Assembly: GCA_964645645.1 (NCBI GenBank)
Contig: CAZYBC010000005.1
Coordinates: 702-64,701, forward strand
DNA from: an uncultured Pseudomonadales bacterium
Lineage (GTDB): Bacteria; Patescibacteriota; Microgenomatia; UBA1400; PJMF01
DNA: 64,000 nt
Direction: 5' to 3'
Positions 16,848-27,767 of this stretch are shown piece by piece. The notes under the pieces are model-generated. The model was not told the origin of the DNA, searched no databases, and saw only the letters and a program-made list of their open reading frames with translations. The position numbers and the translations under genes are program-made. Each line of letters starts with the position of its first letter. The stretch's first letter is position 1.

Positions 16848-17503
16848 GTTTTGATTGGTAAATCTATACTAATGGTGGTGCCACGATTTTCTTTACTTAG
16901 AATTTTCATTTTGCCGTGCATTTGGGTACAAAAGATTTTTTTAGCATAAGCTAAGCCCAAACCAGTATGGTTACTTTTATAGCTAATACCTTTTACACTG
17001 GCAAATTTTTGTTGCAGCCAACTCATGCCCAAACCGCCATCAGTAATGCTCAAGTAACAAGTTTCAGTAGTTACTCTGGCACTAATGATCACCATTTTAT
17101 GAGGAGTTTTGTCGCTGTAAGCTTCAAAAGCATTATTAATTAAACAAATTAAGGCTTGTTGAAAGCAAAAAACATTGCCTCTAATTTTAATTTTTTCATC
17201 AATATGAAAATAGCGAATGATTTGTTGATATTTGGCTGAAAACTGACAAAGATTTAAAGTTTCATTAAGGGTTTTACTTAAATTAAATAAGCGTTGTTGG
17301 GCTTGCGGTTGTTTGAGAATGCTTTGTAGGTACTTACTAGCCATTAAAGATTGGCTTAAGTAGTGAGATAAATTACTCTGATCATGCTTTTGCTGACAAA
17401 TATCTAAAGCTAATTGAGTATTAAGTAAAATATTAGTAACTGGAGTACTCAGCTGATGAATCAGTTGAGCATAAGCTGGTGAGTTGGTCATAATTAAAAG
17501 CAT
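16844..17503 (-). CDS. Soluble sensor-less histidine kinase (HisKA + HATPase_c only)
   Basis: H-box HQLSTPVT, N-box LINNAFEAYS, G1 ITDGGLGM, G2 GLGLAYAKK. No TM or sensor domain (219 aa). Convergent with the RR gene; the two share a TTAA stop overlap. Confidence 0.7.
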   Translation of the reverse strand: MLLIMTNSPAYAQLIHQLSTPVTNILLNTQLALDICQQKHDQSNLSHYLSQSLMASKYLQSILKQPQAQQRLFNLSKTLNETLNLCQFSAKYQQIIRYFHIDEKIKIRGNVFCFQQALICLINNAFEAYSDKTPHKMVIISARVTTETCYLSITDGGLGMSWLQQKFASVKGISYKSNHTGLGLAYAKKIFCTQMHGKMKILSKENRGTTISIDLPIKT

Positions 17504-17561
17504 AACAAAGAATTATGACCAAATTATGAAATTTTTTTTGATGGTGGCAGGGTTAAAAAAT

Positions 17562-19091
17562 CTAGTTTGCTTTTGCCTTTTGAATGGCTAATTTTTGGCT
17601 GTAAGTAGTAATATCCCAGATTTGTTGGCAAAGGTTATTGGGTCGGCAATATTCGGCTAACAAAGTAATTTCTGAACTATTAATTAACATACGATGAGCG
17701 TTAACAATTAATAAAACCTGATCATAGTTATTAACTTTTTGGAGTAATTCTATGGGTAAGTCTCTGACTGGTTGACCAATGCCTTGAATAAATAGATTAG
17801 TGACATCGCGGCCATGATAATACATTAGTAAACCATCTGGTAAGGTACCAAAAAAACCTTCAGTCGCTACTAATAAATTTTTATCGGCTTTCAATTGATG
17901 AAGGTAAGTGACACTTTCTTTAACACCAAATCCAGCTGACCATTCATTTAAGTATTGAACCTGATCTAATTTGCTAAAAGGAATTTTACTTAAATCTGTG
18001 TATGAATAAAACATGAAACGACCACTCAAATATAAACTCCAACTAATTAAAACTAAAAGAATCAGTTTACCTAAAGATTTACATTCTTGCCATAAAGCTT
18101 CAGTGGATAAGGCAAAACTTAAGATAAAACCGATTATTGCTGGCATTAGATAACGGGCATAAACAGTTTTACCTAAAACAAACATTGGGAATAAAAAGCT
18201 GAGACTAGTTAAAATTAAAACTAGATTAGTGCGACGTAGTTTTTTGACTTTGATTAGAGCAATAAAAATAAACATAAACACTGGCCAAGTTAAATAATTG
18301 CCCAAACTCTCACCAAAGCTTAAACAGTTATGCCATAAAATTTGACCTGGCTGTTTGAAAAATTCTGTTAAAGGATATAAAAAATCATTTCCGCGACTAA
18401 ATAATTGGCCAAAAGCTGGATTTAATTTTAAACTAGCAAAAATAACTAAACCTAATAAAACAGTTAAACTGGGATTTAACCAAGTTTTTAAAGAAAACAG
18501 ATTTTTATTTTTAGCAAAAAGAACGATTAAAAAAAGACTAGGAATAAATAAAACTGCTGGAATTTTAGTCCATAAAGCTAAGCCTAAAAATAGACCAGCT
18601 AGACAGCTATCTTTTATCGCCAACGGCGATTGTTTAATAGCTTTAATCATGAAGTAAAAACTGAGTGATAACAGCAAAGTTAGCAAAGCATCAATTAAAG
18701 CCATGCGGTGATGAAAAAAGAAAAAAGGTAAGAAAATAACACTAAAACTAGCTAAAAGTTGAGCCAATTTTTTACCATTTAGGAGTTTGACTAAGGCGCC
18801 CATTACAAAAACTTGTCCTAGACCTACTAAGACTGATAAAAATCGTCCAGCATAAAGTTGATCATTAAAGATTAATTGAAAGGGTAGCATCAGCCACATT
18901 TGCAAAGGAGTTTTACCATCATTGAGCGGAAAAAATAGATATTGTTTCCAGTCATCCATAATTAATTGAGTCCAACGAATATAAATAGCTTCATCAGCAA
19001 AAACTGGTAAAAAGACTAATCTATATAATCTAGTAATTAAATAGAGGCCAATTAACAAGAGTGGTAAAAGCCAAGTCTTTTTTTTCATCAT
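17562..19091 (-). CDS. GT-C fold glycosyltransferase, ArnT/PMT-like (GT83/GT39 superfamily)
   Basis: About 12 predicted TM segments. The first extracytoplasmic loop carries FADEAIYIRWTQLIMDDW, resembling the ArnT DExRYAEISREMLxSGDW catalytic-loop motif. Confidence 0.55.
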   Translation of the reverse strand: MMKKKTWLLPLLLIGLYLITRLYRLVFLPVFADEAIYIRWTQLIMDDWKQYLFFPLNDGKTPLQMWLMLPFQLIFNDQLYAGRFLSVLVGLGQVFVMGALVKLLNGKKLAQLLASFSVIFLPFFFFHHRMALIDALLTLLLSLSFYFMIKAIKQSPLAIKDSCLAGLFLGLALWTKIPAVLFIPSLFLIVLFAKNKNLFSLKTWLNPSLTVLLGLVIFASLKLNPAFGQLFSRGNDFLYPLTEFFKQPGQILWHNCLSFGESLGNYLTWPVFMFIFIALIKVKKLRRTNLVLILTSLSFLFPMFVLGKTVYARYLMPAIIGFILSFALSTEALWQECKSLGKLILLVLISWSLYLSGRFMFYSYTDLSKIPFSKLDQVQYLNEWSAGFGVKESVTYLHQLKADKNLLVATEGFFGTLPDGLLMYYHGRDVTNLFIQGIGQPVRDLPIELLQKVNNYDQVLLIVNAHRMLINSSEITLLAEYCRPNNLCQQIWDITTYSQKLAIQKAKAN

Positions 19092-20320
19092 TTTTTAATT
19101 TTTTTTACTCCATAAACTAAAGTACATAAGGCTAAATAAATTATTGGTAATAGCCAAGTAATTAATTTTTGTTGAGCTAAAACTTCAGGAGTATAACCGT
19201 TAATTTTTAGCCAAGGTAAATAGCGTAATAAACTAGTTAAAGAAAAAATTAACAAGGTATTTCGCCAAACTTTTTCTTTAATAAACGGAAACCAAATTAA
19301 GCTCCAACTTAAATACCAAGGCAAAAATTGTTGTGAGCGAAGTGTAGTTAATGGTAAAAATAATAATAAAGAGGCTAATAGAGGCCAATTATTTTTTAAC
19401 CAATTAGTAAATTTGCTTGGCAGTTTAAATTTGAGTAATTGCAAATTTTCGTTTAATAAAAATGCCCAAATTGGAATTAAAACAACGGTCGCTAATTTGG
19501 TTGAAATAGAAAAAGCTAATAATAAAATAGAAAAAATGATTCTTTTAAGATCTAATTTTTTTTTGCCAACAATTAACAAACTAAGCATAGCTGGCAATAG
19601 CATCCACAAATCATTGTGACTATTACTGATTAATTCAAGCAGCATTAAAGGATTAAAAACTAAAGCCGTTAAAGACCAATTAAATTTTTTGTCATCTAAA
19701 TTAGCAAAATAGGCTTGTTTGAGAGAAATAATAATTTTAATAGTCAAAATTAGAGCTAAAACAGAAATTAACCTAAAAATTAACCAAGTAGTTAAAAATT
19801 TATTTAAACCCAATAAATAAGGTACTAGCGAAAATAATGTCCAACCATAACCATAAGGGGCCGGGGTATGAACATTATGCATAAAACGAGTCCAGGTATC
19901 AAAACTATAATTTAAAGCCACACTTTGATGAGGATTAGCGTGATAAACCAAAACCATTTTGGCATTAAAAATATAATTAAAAACGTCATAAGATAAGGCA
20001 TTAAAGCTCAAAATTAAAGGGCTAAGAATTAATAAATATTTAATGACTGTAGCTTTAAAATTTTTTTGCCAATCTAGCTTTAATTTTTGTTTGGATAATT
20101 GAAATAAAATTACTCCATAGCAAACAAACAAAGCAACAATTAAAATTAAAAATAAATTAGTGGCTAAATTTCGATTATTATAAATATTAGCCCACATCAT
20201 GTTTTGGAAATTAGTAAACCAAGTTTGATTAATTAAAGTTAAATTTGGTGCAGTTAAACCATAAGTAAATAAACCATAAGCCACTAAAAGCAAAAAATAA
20301 AAAATTAATAATAAACTCAT
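19088..20320 (-). CDS. Polytopic membrane protein, unclassified (possible GT-C or polymerase-like)
   Basis: A 410-aa protein with 10 or more hydrophobic segments. It has a conserved-looking loop (SYDVFNYIFNAKMVLVYHANPH...HTPAPYGYGW). It sits between GT-C and GT2 genes. Confidence 0.35.
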   Translation of the reverse strand: MSLLLIFYFLLLVAYGLFTYGLTAPNLTLINQTWFTNFQNMMWANIYNNRNLATNLFLILIVALFVCYGVILFQLSKQKLKLDWQKNFKATVIKYLLILSPLILSFNALSYDVFNYIFNAKMVLVYHANPHQSVALNYSFDTWTRFMHNVHTPAPYGYGWTLFSLVPYLLGLNKFLTTWLIFRLISVLALILTIKIIISLKQAYFANLDDKKFNWSLTALVFNPLMLLELISNSHNDLWMLLPAMLSLLIVGKKKLDLKRIIFSILLLAFSISTKLATVVLIPIWAFLLNENLQLLKFKLPSKFTNWLKNNWPLLASLLLFLPLTTLRSQQFLPWYLSWSLIWFPFIKEKVWRNTLLIFSLTSLLRYLPWLKINGYTPEVLAQQKLITWLLPIIYLALCTLVYGVKKIKK

Positions 20321-20322
20321 AG

Positions 20323-21075
20323 TCAGTATTTACCTTGTAAATCTGCTAATCTAATTTTGATAATATCTTTTAACATTCGCCAACTATCCTTAATAGGACT
20401 AACTCTGGCTGAGTGAAAATGTTTCCACAGGATAGGAACTTCCTTAATTTTGAGCTTATTTTTTCTGGCTAAATAGAGTAATTCAACATCAAAAGCTCCA
20501 GTAAAGGCATCTTTACGAGGTTTATTTGAACCATAAATATAAAGTTTATTAAATAGTTGTTCTTTAGCTGCATGAGAAAATAATTTAAAACCACACTGAG
20601 TATCCCAAATACCCGGTATGGCTAAAAATTGGACTAACAAATTAAAGCCTTTACCCATTAAATGACGATGAAGCGGCTCCTTATCGCGAATAGCTCCTGG
20701 TAATTCTCTAGAACCAATAATAATTTGATAATCAGCAGTAAAAGGAAGTAATTTTTCAATTTCTTTTAAAGGGGTACTTTGATCAAAATCAGTAAATAAA
20801 CACCAGTCTCCTGTTGCTGCTTTCATACCGGCTTTAACAGTTGGTGCCTTGCCAGCATGTTTATTGGCGAGTAATTTTACTCCATGATATTGTTGAGCAA
20901 ACTTTTCTAGAGTTTCAAGGGTGCCATCTTGGCTACCATCATCACTTAAAATAAGTTCAAATGAATAATCTTGACTTTTAAGATAATGATAAAGATCAAT
21001 TAATACACCTCTTTGAAGATTTTCCATCTCATTATATGAAGGCACAATCACTGATAAATAAGGTTTCTTAGACAT
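20323..21075 (-). CDS. GT2 polyprenyl-phosphate sugar synthase (DPM1/ArnC/GtrB-like)
   Basis: LSVIVPSYNEMENL...ELILSDDGSQDGT...DFDQSTP. A typical GT-A/GT2 DxD architecture at the short (~250 aa) DPM1-like size. Confidence 0.75.
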   Translation of the reverse strand: MSKKPYLSVIVPSYNEMENLQRGVLIDLYHYLKSQDYSFELILSDDGSQDGTLETLEKFAQQYHGVKLLANKHAGKAPTVKAGMKAATGDWCLFTDFDQSTPLKEIEKLLPFTADYQIIIGSRELPGAIRDKEPLHRHLMGKGFNLLVQFLAIPGIWDTQCGFKLFSHAAKEQLFNKLYIYGSNKPRKDAFTGAFDVELLYLARKNKLKIKEVPILWKHFHSARVSPIKDSWRMLKDIIKIRLADLQGKY

Positions 21076-21099
21076 AAATATATCTTACCAGACTAGTAA

Positions 21100-22650
21100 T
21101 TATCTTCTCAATAGATGAATAATTGGCCCATCTGGAATAATTAACTGCTCACTAATTTTTTTATTAGGAAAGGTGATTATTTCATATAGCTCAGATTTAT
21201 TTGGGTCAAAATTCTGTTTAAGTTCATCAATTACTACTAAATTTTGAGCTTGGCTACTTAATTCAAAATCAATTGGTGGGTGATTCATTGTAGATAGAAA
21301 ATAACGGTAGTTTTGACCATGAAGGTCATTAGTAATACTCAAAAGAATTAAACTATAACTTTCATTGGGCGGTACAAAATCAGTCACGGCTTGAGCTGTT
21401 TTTTGGATGTCTTTAATTGTCCAGCCAGCAGTTTGCCAGATTGGATTTTGTAAATTAAATTGAAAAATTAAATAGCTAAGAAAAATAAATCCAATTAATA
21501 CGACTAAATTTTTAATAAAATCTATTTTAGGAAGTTTAAAATTTAATAAACTATTAATTACGATGGCATAAACTAAAGCTGTTACAGGAAAAAGGTAGGC
21601 AATATAATGATCAAAAATACTGTTTTGATAAAAAGCTGTTCCTAAAATTCCAATAAAAAGAAAAATGGCAATAATGGTTGTTGGTGTAAGCTGATTGTTT
21701 TTAGCTCGTTTTTGTTTTACCACTACGGTAATTAATAAAATTAAAATAAAGCTATAAGCTAAAATCTGATTTAGCTGACGATTTTTTCCAATCATATATT
21801 CAAAAAGAATATGCATTGCTCTGCCTTCAGATTCACTCAAAGTTTTAAAAACTTTAGTTGTTAGCGGCTGATGGGTATTAGTAGAAAAATTTTCTCCTTG
21901 AGTTAATAGATTTTTAAAAGCTTTAAAATTTAAGCCATCATGTTTTAAATCAAAAAGGAATAATGGGGTTAAGCTAGCTAGAAAAATTAAAAAACCAATT
22001 AAAGTATATTTAAGATGTTCTAAATTAATTTTCTTTTGAAGTAAATAAATTAACCAAATTAATCCAGCCGTTCCTGCAGCTAATAAAGTTAAATAATGAA
22101 GTTGTAATAAAACAGCTATGCAAGTAAAAATTCCCAGCCAAAGTTTGGGATTTTTTTGTACTTTAAATAGTAAATAAATCATAATTATGCTAACTAAAGG
22201 AGCTGGATTAGGATTCCAACTAAAACGAGTTTGAGCGGCAATTGTAAAAGAAAAGGCATAAAAAAAGCTGGCAATTAAAGCAATTTTTTCATCAAACATT
22301 TTTTTAGCAAATAGATAAAGTAATAAAATTGTCATAATTCCTAAACAAGCAACAGCATAAATTGGCCCCATTGGACTAGGATATGACAAAAATAAAAAAG
22401 GCAACATAAAATAATAATAAAGTGGGCCTAAATACATGTTTCCCACACTAGTAACTGGGCCGATAAAAACCAAATCTTTTTCTTTAAAAATTTTGGAAAC
22501 AATTAAAGCATCACGACCTTGGTCACCTAAAAACTGTTGACTATTTTCTAGATTATATAAACGCAAAAAAGCTCCAGCTAATAAAATAATAATGAAAATT
22601 TTATCAGCCATACTTAATTGAGTAATAAATTGAATTAATTTTTTTAACAT
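21100..22650 (-). CDS. Polytopic membrane protein, 'DQxRD...GPxYYY' family (putative GT-C glycosyltransferase), paralog 1 of 4
   Basis: The N-terminal loop LGDQGRDALIVSKIF...FIGPVTSVGNMYLGPLYYYFMLPF aligns with ORFs 38271, 42852 and 45275. It has 12 or more TM segments. Confidence 0.45.
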   Translation of the reverse strand: MLKKLIQFITQLSMADKIFIIILLAGAFLRLYNLENSQQFLGDQGRDALIVSKIFKEKDLVFIGPVTSVGNMYLGPLYYYFMLPFLFLSYPSPMGPIYAVACLGIMTILLLYLFAKKMFDEKIALIASFFYAFSFTIAAQTRFSWNPNPAPLVSIIMIYLLFKVQKNPKLWLGIFTCIAVLLQLHYLTLLAAGTAGLIWLIYLLQKKINLEHLKYTLIGFLIFLASLTPLFLFDLKHDGLNFKAFKNLLTQGENFSTNTHQPLTTKVFKTLSESEGRAMHILFEYMIGKNRQLNQILAYSFILILLITVVVKQKRAKNNQLTPTTIIAIFLFIGILGTAFYQNSIFDHYIAYLFPVTALVYAIVINSLLNFKLPKIDFIKNLVVLIGFIFLSYLIFQFNLQNPIWQTAGWTIKDIQKTAQAVTDFVPPNESYSLILLSITNDLHGQNYRYFLSTMNHPPIDFELSSQAQNLVVIDELKQNFDPNKSELYEIITFPNKKISEQLIIPDGPIIHLLRR

Positions 22651-22658
22651 GGGCAGTG

Positions 22659-23855
22659 TTAATTATTTTTTTTCTTTTTCCAAATAAAAGTGTTATAAGC
22701 GAAAAAATTCCAGAACATACCAATTAAAATGCCTACTACGGCAATAATAGTTCCTAAATCTAAATCATAATTAATGATTGGCAATTTAAATAAAATTGGG
22801 AAGACAGCCAAGCCATTTTCTTGAGTAGCAAATAATCTTTCTCCCAAAAAAGCTAAAAATTGTTGAATTAAAATAGAACCCCCGCTAGCAAAATTAAATT
22901 TAATAAATTTACTTGGGATTTCGCTAAGCTTAAGCTTTCTATCTGCAAAAGTCCAAATGTTATTAATAGCAAAATTAATTAAAACAGCACATTCAATAGC
23001 GGCAAAATAAGCAGCCTGATAAGGTAAAAATAATCTAAAAGCTTGTAAAGAAATTAGTTGAGTTAAGGCTCCAATTGTACCAACCACTAAAAATTTAAAA
23101 ACTCGGCTCTCTAAAATTTCTTGAGTTCTAACTTTAAATAAATAAGAAAGATTATTAATAATAATTTTAAAAGAATTAATTTTGCTAGTACCAATAGTGC
23201 GATCTTTAAAGTGAAAAGGTATCTCCGTAATTTTAAATTTCTTTTTAAAAACTTTATGCAAAAACACAATTTGAAAAGTATAACCAGTAAAACGTGGATC
23301 ATTCATTTCATTTCCCACTGCCATAAAAACTTTTTTAGTAATCGCTCTATAACCACCAGTCCAGTCAGCAATCTTAAAATCAGTTAAAATAATTCTAATG
23401 ATTAAATTACCAAACACACTTAAAAATTTGCGGTGAATACCCCAATTAGAAGGAATACTGCCACCTTTAATGTATCTTGAGCCTAAAACCATATCATAGC
23501 CATGATCAATTTTATCTAAAAAGGCAGGAATTTTAGTAGGATCATGTGATAAATCAGCATCAAATTCAAAAATCACATCAGCATCTAGCTTGTAAAAAGC
23601 CTGTTTCATGCCAGCTAAATAGGCAGCTCCTAAACCAGCTTTCTTCTTATTAATGAGCAGATGTAAATTTTTTTGTTTTTTTTGTAATTCTTCTACAAAT
23701 TCATAAGTTTTATCTGGTGAACTATCATCAACCACTAAAATATGACAATCCCAATGTTGAGAGACTTTTTTAAAAGCTTCTTGAACCGCTAAAGTAGTTT
23801 GTTCAATATTGCCTCTTTCATTATAAGTAGGGATAATCACAATCGCTTTTGGCAT
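22659..23855 (-). CDS. GT2 polyprenyl-monophosphate-sugar synthase (DPM1/Ppm1-like) fused to a C-terminal GtrA-like TM domain
   Basis: VIIPTYNERGNI...ILVVDDSSPDKT...KKAGLGAAYLAG...FEFDADLSHDP is the DPM synthase signature. The C-terminal ~120 aa hold 4 TM segments (FKFLVVGTIGALTQLISLQAF), GtrA-like. Confidence 0.75.
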   Translation of the reverse strand: MPKAIVIIPTYNERGNIEQTTLAVQEAFKKVSQHWDCHILVVDDSSPDKTYEFVEELQKKQKNLHLLINKKKAGLGAAYLAGMKQAFYKLDADVIFEFDADLSHDPTKIPAFLDKIDHGYDMVLGSRYIKGGSIPSNWGIHRKFLSVFGNLIIRIILTDFKIADWTGGYRAITKKVFMAVGNEMNDPRFTGYTFQIVFLHKVFKKKFKITEIPFHFKDRTIGTSKINSFKIIINNLSYLFKVRTQEILESRVFKFLVVGTIGALTQLISLQAFRLFLPYQAAYFAAIECAVLINFAINNIWTFADRKLKLSEIPSKFIKFNFASGGSILIQQFLAFLGERLFATQENGLAVFPILFKLPIINYDLDLGTIIAVVGILIGMFWNFFAYNTFIWKKKKNN

Positions 23856-23860
23856 AAATT

Positions 23861-24847
<987 letters not shown>

Positions 24848-25795
24848 CTAATTTTGATTTCTATAAAAATTTAAAATCCTTGCTAAAGTTGGCTTAATAT
24901 CTTTGGTTTCTTGCCAACCTAAAGTCTTTACCTTGTGATTATCGGCAATAATTTGCGCAGTATCAAGTGGTCTAAATTTTTGTGGATCAACTTCTACTTT
25001 AATTTTAACCTGAGCTAAACTAATTAGCATCTCCAACATTGCTTGGATGCTGTAACCACGGCCACTGCCAAGGTTATATGTTTCACCAATTTCTCCTTGA
25101 TTCATTAATAAAATATAAGCTTTGACAATGTCTTTAACATCAGAAAAATCCCGAATACTATTTAAATTACCTACCATGATTTTATCTTGTAATCCTTGTT
25201 CAATTTTTACTATTTGACTAGCAAAATCGGCAATCACAAATCCTGGAGCTTGTCTTTCGCCAATATGATTAAAAGGTCTCACTCGGATAATATTTAAGTG
25301 ATGAGTTTGTTGATAGTTATAAGCCAGCATATCTTGAATAACTTTAGAAACGGCATAGGGATTAACTGGCCCTAAAGGAGTATTTTCATCTAATGGTTTA
25401 TCTTGTGGCTGATAAACTAAAGCACTGCCAATAGCTAAAATTTTAGCTTTAGGCGTGAATTGTTTTACAGCATGCAGAAGATTCAACTGTAACACTAAAT
25501 TATTTTCTAAAGTTTCTTTTTCTGCTTCATAACTACTGCCCACTGCGGCGGTAGCAGCCAAATGATAAATTTGGGTAGCTTGCAATTTTTCTATTAATTC
25601 AAAGGTAGCTTGCTGGTTGGTTAAATCAACCTGGTGAATTTGATTAGAACCTAACAAATTAGCCACATAGCCACCATGGCTGGAAATATTGGTGACATGG
25701 ATATTTTTATATTGTTGGGCAATTAGTTCTTCAACGAGATGTGAACCAACAAAACCAGTGCCTCCAGTAATTAAAATTACTTCTTGTTTAGACAT
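24848..25795 (-). CDS. rmd: GDP-4-keto-6-deoxy-D-mannose reductase (GDP-D-rhamnose forming, Rmd-like)
   Basis: An extended SDR (GGTGFVGSHL, PYAVSKV). RPFNHIGERQAPGFVIADFASQI and RDFSDVKDI match Rmd (RPFNHIGPGQ...FVI, RDFLDVQDV) rather than the Fcl/WcaG signature. It lies immediately downstream of gmd. Confidence 0.65.
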   Translation of the reverse strand: MSKQEVILITGGTGFVGSHLVEELIAQQYKNIHVTNISSHGGYVANLLGSNQIHQVDLTNQQATFELIEKLQATQIYHLAATAAVGSSYEAEKETLENNLVLQLNLLHAVKQFTPKAKILAIGSALVYQPQDKPLDENTPLGPVNPYAVSKVIQDMLAYNYQQTHHLNIIRVRPFNHIGERQAPGFVIADFASQIVKIEQGLQDKIMVGNLNSIRDFSDVKDIVKAYILLMNQGEIGETYNLGSGRGYSIQAMLEMLISLAQVKIKVEVDPQKFRPLDTAQIIADNHKVKTLGWQETKDIKPTLARILNFYRNQN

Positions 25796-25801
25796 AATAT
25801 T

Positions 25802-27076
25802 TTAGCGTCCAATGCCAATATATTTGAAGCCAGCAGCTTTTATCTTACTTGGATCAAATTGATTTCTGGCATCAATAAAGTAAGGTTTTTTAGTAGTTTT
25901 AATTGTAGCAAAATCAAAGCCAATAATCTCCGGCCATTCTACTAAAGCCATAATAACCTCAGCTTTTTGACAAGCTTCTGGTAAAGTTGATACTTGAGTA
26001 TAATTATCAAAATCAGGTTGATATTTAGCCATAGGATCAAAAGCCATGATTTTGGCACCCTTATCCATTAAAACTGGCACAATTTTAGTTGCTGGCGCTT
26101 CACGTAAATCATCGGTGTGGGGTTTAAAAGATAAACCTAAAACAGCGACAGTTTTGCCTGCAAAACCACCTACCTGTTGATCAAATTTATCCATTAATTT
26201 ATAAATTCTTTCTTCATTAAGTTGACTAATCTTATTAAGCAAATTGTTACTTTCTCCAACCGCCCTAGAATAGGCAGCTAATTCTTTAACATCTTTGGGG
26301 AAACAAGAACCACCATAACCCAAACCAGGATACCAATAATGGTTGCCAATTCTTTGATCAAAACCAATGCCTTTAATAACTTCCATTACATCAGCGCCAT
26401 TTTTTTCACACAAGTCTGCAATTTGATTAATAAAAGTAATACGAGTGGCTAAATAAGAATTAGCGGTATATTTAGTCATTTGAGCTGAATTAGGATTCAT
26501 TCTTAGGATAGTGGTTTTTAGTGGCTGATGAAGTTCTTCTAATTTTTTAAAGACAAATTCATTAGTAGCGCCAATAATAACTCGATCTGGATTTAAAGTA
26601 TCAGCTACTGCACTGCCTTCTTTAAGAAATTCTGGCAAACTGGCTGTATGAAATTTAGTCTTAGTTTTAGCTTTAAGTGCTTTTTCTACTTTATTTAAAG
26701 TACCAGGAGGCACAGTAGATTTAACTACCACAATGGCATCTTGCTTAAGATATTCAGCCATTGCTTCACAGCTAGCAAAAACATATTTTAAATCTGCCTG
26801 ACCATCAGCAGCACTTGGAGTACCAACAGCAATAATAATGACGTCGGCATCCTTAATAGCAGTTTGATAGTGAGTGGTAAAAGTTAAACGACCAGTTTTT
26901 TGTTGTTCAGTTAATAATTCTTCCAGATTCGGTTCATAAAAAGGCACTTTGCTTTTTTTAAGGCTCGCGATTTTTTTCTCATCAACATCAAGACCAATGA
27001 CTTGATGACCAAAAGAAGCGTAGACAGCGCTACTAACAACTCCTACAAAACCAGTACCAATAATCGTTATGTTCAT
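25802..27076 (-). CDS. Nucleotide-sugar 6-dehydrogenase (UDP-glucose/GDP-mannose dehydrogenase family)
   Basis: Rossmann IIGTGFVGVV and catalytic-Cys motif GGSCFPKD. The ORF-track start at 27115 is TTG, so the ATG at 27076 (MNITIIGTGFVG) was chosen. Confidence 0.8.
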   Translation of the reverse strand: MNITIIGTGFVGVVSSAVYASFGHQVIGLDVDEKKIASLKKSKVPFYEPNLEELLTEQQKTGRLTFTTHYQTAIKDADVIIIAVGTPSAADGQADLKYVFASCEAMAEYLKQDAIVVVKSTVPPGTLNKVEKALKAKTKTKFHTASLPEFLKEGSAVADTLNPDRVIIGATNEFVFKKLEELHQPLKTTILRMNPNSAQMTKYTANSYLATRITFINQIADLCEKNGADVMEVIKGIGFDQRIGNHYWYPGLGYGGSCFPKDVKELAAYSRAVGESNNLLNKISQLNEERIYKLMDKFDQQVGGFAGKTVAVLGLSFKPHTDDLREAPATKIVPVLMDKGAKIMAFDPMAKYQPDFDNYTQVSTLPEACQKAEVIMALVEWPEIIGFDFATIKTTKKPYFIDARNQFDPSKIKAAGFKYIGIGR

Positions 27077-27116
27077 AATAGGGTACAATATACTTATTAA
27101 TATAACAGATGCCAAG

Positions 27117-27767
27117 ATGCAGATTAATATCTTAACTCTATTTCCAGACTTTTTTAAAGGGGCTTTAGAAACCTCTATTTTAGCGCGAGCTCAAAAAGCT
27201 GGTTTAATAACTTTTAAAATTATTAATATCCGTGATTTTGCCACAGATAAACACCATCTTACCGATGAACGGCCCTTTGGCGGTGGCCCAGGAATGGTGA
27301 TGAAAATAGAGCCAATTGATAAAGCTCTGCAAGCTTTAAAACTAGCCACAAAATTAAATTGTAAAACTATTTTAACTTCAGCTAAAGGCGGATTATTTAC
27401 TCAAAAACTTGCTCAAGAATATGCGCAATTAGATGAATTAACCATTATCTGTGGTCATTATGAAGGTGTAGATGAACGAGTAGCTGAGCATTTGGTAGAT
27501 GAAGAAATCAGAATCGGGGACTATGTTTTAACTGGCGGTGAAAGTGCGGCTTTAGTAATTAGTGATGCTGTAAGCCGCTTAATTAAAGGCGTGCTAGGTA
27601 ATGAAGAAAGTAATCAGAACGAATCGCATAGCCAAGTTGGTGAATTAGCTCATCCTGTTTACACTCAGCCCAGAGTTTATAAAGATTGGGCTGTTCCAGA
27701 AATTTTACTTAGTGGTGACCATCAAAAAATTAAAACCTGGCGGAAAGAACAAAGAAAAACTAGTTGA
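27117..27767 (+). CDS. trmD: tRNA (guanine37-N1)-methyltransferase
   Basis: MQINILTLFPDFF, DERPFGGGPGMVM and a SPOUT knot region. The second ATG was chosen to avoid overlapping the divergent upstream gene. Confidence 0.9.
   Translation: MQINILTLFPDFFKGALETSILARAQKAGLITFKIINIRDFATDKHHLTDERPFGGGPGMVMKIEPIDKALQALKLATKLNCKTILTSAKGGLFTQKLAQEYAQLDELTIICGHYEGVDERVAEHLVDEEIRIGDYVLTGGESAALVISDAVSRLIKGVLGNEESNQNESHSQVGELAHPVYTQPRVYKDWAVPEILLSGDHQKIKTWRKEQRKTS

Noticed and set aside
24848-25795. GDP-L-fucose synthase (Fcl/WcaG) as the identity of the SDR next to gmd
   Set aside because: The RPFNHIGERQAPGFVIADFASQI and RDFSDVKDI blocks match the Rmd signature as I recall it (RPFNHIGPGQ..FVI; RDFLDVQDV). 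They do not match the Fcl motif region (PTNLYGPHDNF...). Assigned as Rmd-like, pending phylogeny.
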